Source: Chara braunii (taxonomy: Eukaryota; Plantae; Charophyceae). From it: a stretch of DNA of 64,000 nt. The stretch is taken from the NCBI GenBank assembly GCA_003427395.1, contig BFEA01000001.1, positions 12,264,031 through 12,328,030 on the forward strand, read 5' to 3'. The position numbers were made by a program, and so were the translations under genes. A model generated the notes under the pieces. That model was not told where the DNA came from, did no database searches, and was given only the letters and a program-made list of their open reading frames with translations. How positions within the stretch are numbered: position 1 is the stretch's first letter; every line of letters starts with the position of its first letter. Shown one piece after another: positions 38,820-50,770 of the stretch.

Positions 38820-39810
38820 AAATTTTGAGAACTGTGACAAGATCATCAAGAAGCATACTCTCAAGCAAAATCAATGCAAACAAATCAGGATAGACTGACT
38901 CAAGGCAAAAAAAGATAAATTAGGGAAGGTGAAAACTCATTATAATCTTAGAAAATACAGATGAAAAGACATAGCCAACACTCGTGAAGATTCCTCACTC
39001 ATCCCTCTGAAGTCTCATCCTCAACCTCTCGTTTGACTATGCATTTCTTGAGCCTTGAGTTGTATACGTACTTCCTGAGATTGTGCCATAGAAACATAGA
39101 GCCACATGTAGCCTGCAAGTTCTAAATATGTTCATTCGAGACTAAAGACACGGAAGTCAAGCATGATACAAAACTCCTCCTATAGAGTTGGAAGATATGG
39201 CTTGGATAACATCCCTCGTCTTAGATGTCGATACTCTAAGGGTTCGGTCACTGCCTCGTGGTCGATCTCTGCAAGTGAGATATACCTCTTTAGCAAATCA
39301 ACCAGGTCACCCCAACAACAGTCATCTGTGATAAGGAAGGGAACCGAAGGCCTATGATAGTCTGCATAGAGCTTGGGTCCGAAGCTACGGATTAACTTTG
39401 CTCCACTCTCATCAAATTCACGCTCTCTTTCCTCTAGATATTTGGCAGTTGAGATCCAGACTGAATCAAAGTGTTTATGGGTCTCCTTGCCTTTCTTCAC
39501 ATATATCCTTAAGTCATGAATAGTACCTCATGCAAACTCATTGAGGACAACGAAGATTAACATATTTTATTGTTTGAAATCGACTGCACTGACATATTGA
39601 TTCTGGAGAATCATTCGAAGCATTCTGGTTGATATTAGTCAATATAGACTCATCGACTGGAAAAGACTGAAATGTATTAATGTGCAAAGGTCGATACTGA
39701 ATTTGGTCGCAATGTCTTTTAATAAAAATTATGTCCGATTGATGTTGATCCTTGAGATAATTAGAATGACTGAATAACGATTGATATTGATCGAAAATTA
39801 CCGACAACTC
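38820..39810 (-). pseudogene. Decayed ORF of unknown function (cargo B); coding-like remnants continue to ~42900
   Basis: ORF 39180-39500 FDSVWISTAKYLEEREREFDESGAKLIRSFGPKLYADYHRPSVPFLITDD, homologous to cargo A. Confidence 0.7.
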
Positions 39811-41498
39811 CTTAGATGGCTTAATGTTGTTGAATTAACAAGGTACTGAATGTTGATCACTTGATAGCAGAGCATTGATAAACGACACAGATTATTAAAT
39901 GACACTTGACGATAAGTGCATTGGCAAAGGCTTTGAGAAAAAAGTCTGAACACTTTTACACTTTTTCGAACTTCACCCTGGCTTGCTCGGTCATTTCTAG
40001 GGAAGAGTAGACACTGTACGATTTTTCGTTTGACCCATGAAAGAAGATCACATACTCTATGAACTTCTGGTCCTTCACTAGCCCGAGTGCCCTTCCCCTC
40101 ATCAATTTTACACAGAACAACACGTCATCAATAACTCGACACCCACAATTTTCAATTCTATCTCGGTAGAGAGTGACAGACATAACAAGAATATCCTTAC
40201 TATGCATAACTCTCCCTTATATCTGGCTATCAGAACTTGTGAAATAATCAACTGAGAATGAAGAATCGTTTCCTTTGCCTTGTTGCCTAAGGACACAAAA
40301 ATAAAGGTGTTGTTGATGGTCACACTTAAGATCAGTTATTTGGTTTCTCAACTGACAACTAACAAACCTCTATTTGACAAACATTATAACGTCGAGGCTC
40401 TCTGCTCTCGTATGTACTTGAGGGCTTGACAAAGTCGTTCACAGTTGGACTCAATAGGAGTTGCATAACTCTCAACCCCATACAACTATTGTCATGTCCT
40501 GCATGTGTATTGCATGGTGGTGTTGCATAACAGTCTCATTTATGTTAATCAGACTAGTTGAATTACTGAAAGGCTAATAATGATTTGAGGGACAACCTAC
40601 GCTCGAGTATTATACATCATATCACTAAATAGTATAGAGAGTACCACAGGTTGCTATTTCAAGTTTGTGTACGTCACAAGAAAGAATGACGGGGCGTTCT
40701 CTTTATTCGTATACGACACACGGTTTTCAAGTGTAACAGTTCTTAGACTGAGCGGCAAACGCTGGGCTTAAAATTAAAATCAATGCTAACATCTAGTGAA
40801 AAGAACTAATAGGTGTGTGATTGGGTGTTAAGTGTTAATCCTGTTCAAAACAGTGCCACACATACACCACTCCAGATCTCACTCACAACATACAAACCCG
40901 GATAAGTTTTCGGAACTTTTCTCACAGACAGACATTGTTGTGAATAATGCAAAGGTCATCGCTAATAGCGAACATCAACCTCGTAGTGCGCTGAGTACAA
41001 CAATTAGAGTATCTCACTTGAGTAATACACTATCACCTATAATAATTGCTTGCTTATAAATTGTTCACTCGAAAAACGAGAGGGAAAGACATTTGGACGC
41101 AGCTAGCTTAACCAATCTGTGAGCTTATGTGTTGAGCTTACCAAATTTCGAACCATAGGCCAAATTTTTCAAGGATTTAAAAGTTAACTTTAAATGTTTT
41201 AATCAGATGTACTCGAACAAAGAGGCTTGATCATTAGTTGGATATATATCAACTCCCATCGAAACGAATCTGTTATTTTTCAGATTTTGTCATCGGAGTT
41301 TAAAAAATGACTCAAGTAATACATAAGAACTAGTTAATTTACTCATTGGGTAGTCAACATGCCCTTTTTATTCTGCTTGTCAAGCATGAGGTTTATAATT
41401 TGAAAATTGATAATCCCCATTCTGACCCACTTTCCTCATAATAATTGTTCGCCTTCCCGTCCAATGATTAATACTAAAACAAAAAGAAAAAAAAGAAA

Positions 41499-41537
<39 letters not shown>

Positions 41538-43910
41538 TTGAGAGGAAGGAACTTAGTATTTAGCAACAGTAATCTTATCTGTCAAATTTGCCATTGTCCA
41601 CTGATCGCCGCCTCAGTGAGTCGTCCATTCTCCCTCTTTCCATTCATGTGCCGCTTGGTTATATCCAATATGTGTGAATCCCAAATACAACTAATATCCT
41701 TATCATCGAACTTCAAAATGATGATGTGTTATCTTGGACTAGACATCCCACTTATTTGAAAGTAGTTGGACGAGAGCAAAGAAACACAAGGGCTATTGAC
41801 TTCTCAAGAAAGAAGGGGATAAATTGAGACGATCTACAAAACAGATTTCATACACAGTTCACTCCCCAACTAATGACGAGGATCGTGAGTCACGGAGATG
41901 TACTTCATAGAATCGGTCTGCAGCATTGACAACATTCAACTAACTCTCAATGCACCCATCTTTGCTAATCTTCTACAATCGTCGCACAAAGATTATCTCA
42001 TAGAATAACATATGACCACGAGCTAGCATAAGCGAAAGGGCAAGCGATGTGAGTGCATAGAGCAAACGGTAGTGAGTCCATTGTACCCTCAATCCCCAAA
42101 CTTAACAAACATGGAACTTCTTTTACATGTGACTTTAACGGTGGAAAAATAGATGTGTCCCCCACACACCTCTTACAGTTATCTCATAGTCTTTAGTCCC
42201 TTACTGCGGACTGAACTCGTTAGCGAGACGATGAAACCAACTGTAGTGAATAATACAACACATTAGCTCTTGTCTCACATGCGGTAACTAAATAATACAC
42301 TTCCTCCCGTCTCACGGTAACAAGGATAATACTAATAGAGTTGAGTGACATAAATCGAATAAAGCTCAAATGATGTTGACGGTCTCCTCCCCCAACTCTT
42401 TCCGTATTAAAACATGTTCTCATGCTTGCCGGTGATAACCAACCGGACTGTCGGTGATTGTTTACTTGATCGTACCGCTTATACCATGACCTCGTTGTTA
42501 TCTCACTGTTTTATACATCAGTCTCCTTTTCTCCATTTCAAGGATGTACGTGTTGACACTGACCACACTAAAGAGTTGATGACGTCAACAATCCAGCATG
42601 TCCACAGAGAAGTCTCACTTCCCGAAGAGTTAATTCATACTATCAGTCATCAGCTCTACACATCCAAACTTGACTTCACTACTAGAGATGAAGATAATAT
42701 GGCGCACCAAGGTGAGTGACACTGATAATTCAAGAGAAGTTGACATCAACAAAGAGTTCTCTTGTAAAGCACGTACTAAGGTCTGACTTTTCCCCTTCAC
42801 GCTTACCCCATACACACTCACACATGCCCACACCTCCTCGCTGGTCTCTCCTCATGCACTATTCTCTGCATATGCAATGTATAGTACATTGTCACACTAT
42901 TTACACATAGGCTGCACTATGAGTGTGCGCAGAGCCTTTCACATCTCCTCGCTCAGAAAAACTGAGGTGACGACAACAAACCCATGCGCGAGTGAGTGTC
43001 TGTTCATACCATGGTGAAATCAAAATAGGAGATGATCGTAGGTGCATGGCATATATCCTAGGTAAGTGGCGTTCGTCGTGTCATGCAGATCCAGTCTCTC
43101 TTCTGATATTAGTCGTCCCCCTTGTTTGCAACCGCGTAGCGGTCTTAACTCTTCTGCTCCTTCGAGCTGGTCCTTGGGCCATCATCCACCAACTCTACTG
43201 GCCCCGCCGGTGGGTGGCCTCGTCGCCGTTGCTCCCGCCCATGCCAAAATTGGGTCTTTGCATCCAAGTCACTGGCCTCGCTCTCGGCCTTCGAGTCGAG
43301 GTCTAGGCGTCGGTGCTCTCGCTCGCGGTGCCCATGGAAGATTATGTCTCATGATATGAGACAATCACTTGTACCTCTGCTGTGACACTATCCCGCCTGC
43401 ACCGCCTCTTAGCTTGATTCTTAACCACTTTGATCACCTCCTCATCCCCTCTCTCATTCCTTGTGTGTTTATTTTTAATCTCGCCTCCTGGTTGTAGCGA
43501 ATGTAATCTAAAATAGTCGTAACCATAGGTCCCTCCTTTGCCTCTTGTTCCCATCTCCAGATAAACTGGAGGTACTTTGGCTGATAGCCGTGCAATCCAT
43601 TACGACAGGCCATAGCCGCACCTCTTTCGAAATAGGAGGAACTTACCCACTCGCTAAGAAGAAGGCGTAGTCTAAGCGACTCATCTCCCTGTCCTGCTAT
43701 TCCGATTTTCCAACCACGTGAATACGACAAACTCTCCGGCGTGTATCTACTGTCCAATAGCAATTGACTCGCCCTCCTCTCTCTTTATAGGATAACTATA
43801 TACCATGATCCCTGCATTCTAAATAAAGTATTAAAAAAAAAAAAACATTTTTAAGACTATAATTAAAATTTGGCTTTACTAAAATAATATCATAACTAAT
43901 AATAATAATA

Positions 43911-43959
<49 letters not shown>

Positions 43960-44049
43960 AAGAAAGGAAACGTCCTCTAGACCCAAAGGTCTCTTGAACG
44001 GGCGACAACCTCAATCGGTACTCCCTGTCCCTTTTATTTAGTCTAAAAA

Positions 44050-46233
44050 GGAGCAGGCGTGGTGCAGTGGTCCTATCACGGGATAATATTCAATTTCTTC
44101 CCTTCTTCAAAAATGATCTTCATACTACCTCGAACGAGTACCCGTGTCTGATGGCAAGGAGGGGGCTTATGAACTTACATGGGGGGTGATAAGCCTCCTA
44201 CCAAAGATGTCGCGGGTTGCCCCTTCTTTGAGGTCCTTGCGGCGCAACTCCTAGCAAATATCGCCAGCGGTAATTGAGATGCAAATGATCAGACCAGTCT
44301 AGTTCACCCACTTATAATCACGATCCTGAAGACGGAAATGACAAGAGGGGAACTAGAAGTAGCCTAAAATAAAATTAAGGGAAATAGTAAAAGAAAAGAA
44401 AAAAAATATGTAGCGCCACAATCACTTCAGACGTTCCGATTAAGCGAGACCGCGGTATGAAAAATGGCGCTTCCAATTCCCTTTGTCCTTTTCCTTTTTT
44501 TATTTTTTTCCTTTTCTTTGTATTTTCTTTTCACTCTGATTGGGACTATCCGACTTATCCCATAACTCGACTAAAGGGAACTCGACACGCTGTGGAAAAG
44601 ACTACGTCGGTCCTTTTACCTTTGCGTCCCTGGACGAGCCCGACGGCTACCACGGGCGCAGGCCAGTAGTGCTCTGCTGTACAGCAGGGCGCCTTGCATG
44701 GACCAAAGAAAAGTCCAGTGGCGCACCCCTTTTCGTTTGCTAGCAAAAACGTCAACCAGACTCAGGCCAAGAACAGACCACACAAATATCGGGTTTCCCA
44801 CGTTGCTGAGAGTCGAAGATGAGGTGTGTCTGATACACGGCGGAGGGGTGAGACACCGCTGTCAGGACAGAAAGCCTGACAAGGGTATCTGCCCTGTATT
44901 TTCAATGTCGGACGTGGTCCGAATTCTGATGAAAGTTTTGTAAGGTTTGGTATGATGAAATAAAAATACTGCTGGAATATTCCGACTCGTCTGGGATTTG
45001 AATGAAATTTAAAATTTTACCCAGTCGTCCATCTGCCGACATATATAACGACAAGGGTAGACGGCATAAACAGACACTCTTACGTTAAAACAAGGCCGAA
45101 GAGAGAAATGGCAGTGAAAACACTAAAATAAATATTATCTTGACCAAAATTTGGTCGCACGGCTGTTAAGTCGCACGATTCAGGACCTAAGTAGGCTCGA
45201 AAGGTCGACCTCGTTAGAAAGGGCGGTCGCGTTAGAAATAGGGCCGCGACGTGGAGAAAGTAGGGGATTTTTTTTGTTGGACCACGGGGTTTACTCCGTA
45301 CAAAGAGCCAATGTCGTATCCGCAGCCTAAAAGGCTGTCCGCGACACATTTAGGGTGAGTCGCCCGATGGATGGGCGGCAGCGTGAATGCTGCGGGACCA
45401 GGAGGCCGCCGTGCCGACATTGGCACAACTGGCTTTGAGAAAGGGGGCCGACGAAGCCTGCCTATGGCCATGGCTAAGTAGCCTGCTGGGCTGCTACGCT
45501 TCATATAGAAGGGTAGCAGGCTTAGCTTCCGTGAAAATGAGCTACTAGTAGCCCAGTAGCTTACCGTGTCAAACTCTTATCGTGTAGATACTGGGATCGA
45601 AACCGACAAGCCCTACTAGGTGCAGCTCCTTTTGGAGCTGCCTTTTCGCACGCGCGGCCGAGATTGGCCACGCGAGATTAGCATGGCCCCTGCGCAAGGA
45701 TAACACGCACGAATCAAGAAAATGGTAATTTTTTTTATCGATTCCCACGGGGAATCGAAGTCAGGTCTGTGTATCAGCAAGAGGGGGAGGGATGTCAGTG
45801 AGGCGTGGCCCTGTTCTCTATGGCTGTGGGCTTATGCTAACAGCATAAAAATATACATAAAAATATATGTATAAAAAAAACAAAAAAACAAAAAATGAGG
45901 CAACTACCTCGTGAGGGACAAAAGGAAGGATAGCCTTTTCGGGCTGTATAGGAGCAGGACCAACTCCCCATTCATAAAAGCCACGAATATTCGTGGCCGC
46001 GAGATCTAGAATCTCGCGGCTCACGACGCGCGCGTGGGAATGAGACTGTAGGAGTTGGCTGGAAGGAGAGAGAGAGGAGAACGTGGGAGTTGGGAGAAGG
46101 AGGTCCTACTCCTCCCAACCTGCCAACTGCCCTCCCCGTTATCAGGGGAGGGCAGAGAAAAGTGATGGGAGGACTGTTCGATGCAACTGCATGAACCTGG
46201 CCGAGAGAATGGCCAGGCACATGCAGTTCGACT

Positions 46234-46270
<37 letters not shown>

Positions 46271-46700
46271 TGAGGACACGTGTCCTCACGTGGTGGTACC
46301 TCTGGCAGAAGGTGCCTGAGGTAACTGTTAGGCTCCCGTTTTTAGAGGGAGCCTGGAAATGGAGGAGTCATAAAAGGAAAAAGGCCAAGAACAGCCTTTT
46401 CCTCGATGTATCTGCCCTGGAAAAAAAATCCAAATACATCAAACTATAAGGGGTTGTATCTCTTCAACCCCTTATCAGAAAAATAAAAGAAAAACTGTTT
46501 TGAAAATGTCAGGACCTCAGCTATCTCGTGAAATTCCGAGATAACTGAGGAAAATAAAAGAAAAAGAAAAATAGGGCAGTTAAAGGAACTGCCCCACACT
46601 AAGGCTGTGGATGTGGTGCGGCCACAGTTCGCCCTGGATCTTGGCCAGATCAAGGGCTCACTGTGAGCCTGCGATTTCGCCTGGGGGCTGGACTGACGTC
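44050..46700 (+). ncRNA. Hairpin-dense non-coding region (putative large structured RNA or DNA); strand assigned from the embedded U6 fragment
   Basis: Dozens of non-repetitive perfect or near-perfect stems; no ORF. Confidence 0.45.
45675..45736 (+). ncRNA. U6: U6 snRNA 3' half (AGC triad, ISL, 3' end, oligo-T)
   Basis: agattagcatggcccctgcgcaaggataacacgcacgaatcaagaaaatggtaatttttttt versus plant U6 AGAUUAGCAUGGCCCCUGCGCAAGGAUGACACGCAUAAAUCGAGAAAUGGUCC; ACAGAGA box and 5' end absent. Confidence 0.9.
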
Positions 46701-47029
46701 CATCCCTCCTCGGCCACTATAAAACAGGCAGCTAGCCCCCATCTGCCACACAAAGCACCCGTGATGCCAGTGTGTGACGAACACATTTGAGTGTTGCTGG
46801 TTGCTGGAGGTGATGCCTGAGGCAACGTAGGAGGAGGCTGGAGTTCTGCAGAGGAGTCCGAGGAGAGGAGCTGGGCAGCCATAGCCAAGACAGGGAGCAC
46901 TCTGCTCCCCTCCCCTCTGGCTGGTGCTGGTCCCACGGGACTGACCCAGGGACGCTGCGGGACTACGACAATACGGCGTTGTGGAATTTGGGCCTCGGGC
47001 CCAAATTTTACTAATTTCGGCTAGCCATT

Positions 47030-47430
47030 TTTCCGCTATAGTGGAGAAACGCTGCCGAAATTTTACAGCGGCCACAAGGCTTTTCACGGCGGCGATGTGG
47101 AAACGCTGGCGGATTTTTACTGCGGCGCCACTAGTTTTAGTGACGGTGGTACGAAAGTGCTGCCGGATTTTTGCTACGGCGGCACTAGTTTTAACGACGG
47201 TGGTGCAGAAGCGCTGCCAGATTTTTGTTGTGGCAACACTAGTTTTAACAATGGTGGTACGGAAGCGCTGCCGGATTTTTGCACGGCGACACTAGTTTTA
47301 ATGGCGGTAGTGCGGAAGCGCTGCCGGATTTTCGCTGTGGCGGCACTAGTATTAACGGCGGTGGTGCGGAAGCACTGCCGAATTTTTTTGCAGCAACGGC
47401 ACTGGTTTCACGACGGTGACGGCAGTATTT
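47030..47430. repeat. ~56-bp tandem repeat (ggaagcgctgccggatttt..gcggcactagttttaacggcggtggtgc)
   Basis: About 7 units. Confidence 0.9.
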
Positions 47431-48661
47431 TTGCACTTGGCGGCGGCTGGGCATTGGCGCAGGGAAGGTGCCACTAAAGTGATGTGTTTTTGAAGCGACG
47501 TGGACGTGACGACGCAGTAACGTGGTGACGGTAAAAGCAAGTGGATGCGACACTTACTGAAAAAGTAATTGTAGGGTTGTTGTAACAGGTGGTCACCACA
47601 AAAGAGTGGTGTGGATCACCTTACTGACGACTTGCCGTAATAAAGTTTTGAAGACAAGAGTTTGTACGACTTTTTGAGTGAACCTCAAGGTCAGTGGTCA
47701 GTCAGTTTGACTCAGACCCCTTTACGCCAGTGTGAAACCGCACTTTGCTTGACCTTGTTTCTTTGAATATTCACTGAAAGGTAGAGGAAATGTGTGTTTG
47801 CGTGTGTGAATGTGAGTCTGACCTGAGTTTGGGTTTTCATTGTTTTTCTTCTGAACTTGTCGTCTAATCTGACTGCAGGTGTGGCTTAGTGAAACGAGAG
47901 TGGGTTTGACCCTGAGATGGTGAATGTTTGGTTGCTCTCACATTTCCATCCTTGTATGTATAAGTCAAACTGAAAGAGAAAGAAGACGACATAAAATAAA
48001 GCGATTACAAAGAAGAAAAGTCTGAATGGACATAGATTTTCTCCCTAGGTCACCTGTTCTTTCCCGAATGACCTCTCCGTCTATGTCTGTCTGTCTGAAT
48101 GACTTTTTCTTCTGTGATCCTTCTTTTCTTCATCTAAGATGCTCTTGACGTCGGGCGGCAAGGGATTGTTTGCCCGCCGTGGTAGATGTTTTTCCTTTTC
48201 CTAAGAGGCATCTGAGGCGGGGGTTCGTTGTCTTAGGGGTCGGCCCTATTATCGACTCAGAGTGGACCGCTTTGCAGGGGGGTACTATGTTGTTGTGGTG
48301 GAGCCAGCCCGACTTCTTAGTTTCGAGGTTCTCTCGGACGAGGACGTGGGGTATCCCAGACCACCTCCTAGGGGATGGACAGACGCATCTTCATGGAAGG
48401 GCTTTAAGTTCTTGGCGCCTCGTGTAACGAGGAACCGTCGTAGCATACCATTTTGGTGGTCATTTTAGGAGTCACTAACGCATGGGGAACCGGTGCCACA
48501 AGCAGCCCAGTTCGTGATCTACTAACCAAAGAGAGTGTATTTGGATACTCTCGTCGTGGATGGTCGTGCCATAAGAAACACGGGACAGAAGGAAGACAAA
48601 TGTTTTAGTAATACTTAGTGGACGAAAATTTTAACTTAATCACTCTCGTCTTTTTTTTCAG

Positions 48662-49800
48662 ATGACTGCAAGGACGACGGTTTTCCACCTTGTCCGTAAT
48701 CACGATGCTGCATCAGAATAGGTTGAGTCTCCGGAGCGAAATGGAGAGAGATTAGAGAGAATTGGGCGAATTGTGTTCAACCCATTTGAGTTGCATTCAG
48801 AAGAGGATATTCCACGATTTGGGATAACAGCGTGCGAAATCCCCCTTGACGCTTTATTTTTAGGTCAAGGGTTGGATTGGACAATCTTCATTATAATTTC
48901 GCACCACCGCTGCCCGAACGAGATTTTCCGAACATGAACTTAGTCGTGATGCAACCATACGAGTTAAACCCCCGAATGGACGAAATCCCTGAGATAAGGT
49001 TAATGTTCGTTCGTCTTGTACTTTGGACGAACGAAAGGCAAGGTCCATTTTTTTATATATATCATGCGAAACGGGTGCGAGCCAACAGATTCGTCATTCT
49101 ACGTATTGAGTCGTTCTCATAGTATGCGTAGCAGGACGAGGAGGACGAACTCATGGAATGATTACGAGACTAATGCAGTTTTGTTCTGACGCGCAGATGC
49201 CTGGAGCACGACTAGATTTGACAGTCCCGATGTATCTGCTGGTTTGCGACACACACGAAGATAATCTTATCAGAGGAGCTGAGCAACTTTGCAAGTTCGA
49301 TATAACATTTTTACTCGATGGATCGACTTCATCGGTTTACTCCGAAACGGTGAGGGATTTTTCCCTAATACTCACGCGGAATTCCGAGCCAATACGGCAC
49401 GGACTCCTGAGGAGTTGTATGGCTATACTTTATACTTTCACCACTCAAGTAACCTCCAAGGTCTCTCTCGAGTCATTGTGAGTATTAAGATTACCTCGTC
49501 CGGTAGACGTTTCGACGTCGTCCGAATCCGGGACACTAAGACCCGACACTTATTCGAACTGAGTCATCCTCTTCGAGTTATAGTGTGGAGACTAGTCTCG
49601 CGGGTGACCTCCCTCTATGATACTCGAATCGTTAGAGTTATGCGAGGTGGACAGGCAACAACCCTGGTATTCGACGACAACGAGCTTGCACGATTGGACT
49701 TATTGGAGACTCAGGTATGGGGAGGACGACAAATTTACCAGGGGTAGACGTCGTTTTATGAAAATGTTACTCAAATTCCATAAAAGACACCTCGCATAGA
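48662..49800 (+). pseudogene. Decayed unknown ORF, probably an accessory gene of a large repeat element
   Basis: Overlapping plus-strand ORFs 48877-49122, 49158-49481, 49289-49747 with protein-like composition, preceded by a polypyrimidine-CAG acceptor at ~48644-48661. Confidence 0.45.
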
Positions 49801-50454
49801 CTAATCCCGTTGAGGGAGCCATATGACTTATGGCTTCACGAGGTAATCCCAAAAACAAAAACAAAGACTCTTCATGTAGATAGGACCGTCGGATGGATAG
49901 TATTTGGACTACGCCAATGATTTCACTCTCATGCTTTGGCATTGAGGGGTAAATACATAGGAAAGGATAAGTAAATAGATACGTCTGAAGTCACCTATAG
50001 ACGTACTAGCAGGGATAAAGTAAGGAAAGACTTTAAGTTGCGCATTACAAGGCAAATTGAAACTTGATCCTGAAATAAGACTTTAAAAGAATATAACTTT
50101 GGGCTTTAGTCTAAAAGATTGAAAGGGTTCTCTCTGTATATCTTAATGAGATAACTCTATGTATTTTGAGGTTACATCAACAACGAGAAGAAATCACATC
50201 AGCCTGATCTTTTCATCAGACCAAATCGATCATGTTAAACATTGTGTTGTGATTTTTACTATAATGATTGCTGAATTGATTGATTGAAAGGATGACTTTG
50301 TATATGTGTATTGCTTTAGGTGTATGTGGGTTCACCTGGATAAGTTGTATAAATATATATGTATATAAGTGAGAGTTGTACGTAAGGGACTAGGGATAAG
50401 TTGTGGTGTCCATATTTGATTGAGACCACCCTAGTCGACCGGCGTGCACTTCAT

Positions 50455-50770
50455 CCTCAGGAGATCAGCGTCCTAAGTGACGTCCGGGTTCAATAGGCGT
50501 TTAATCGCGTGTATCTATACTACAGCGAACGAGCAAACGCCCTCGGTCGACCTACCTCTTCAATTGCATCTAACAGCTTTCACACGTGGGTCAGTAGCTC
50601 GATAGGGATACGCCCCTAAGGGTGGTGACAGCCCCTTAGGGAGGGAAAGCTTATGCCCCCCGGGAACCTATCTTATCGTAGGGAACCGTGGGATGTACAG
50701 TTGGCGCACCTGGCTGGAGCGACCAAGGGACGATGCTACCACGACCGTCTCGGCGTTCGCGGGATTATTA
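50455..50770 (+). ncRNA. Structured RNA module b (inverted copy)
   Basis: ctacagcgaacgagcaaacgccctcg...gggatacgccc..gggtggtgacagccc matches rc of 25340-25580. Confidence 0.55.

Noticed and set aside
45150-45180. GTGCG group II intron starts on the minus strand
   Set aside because: No domain V/VI consensus found
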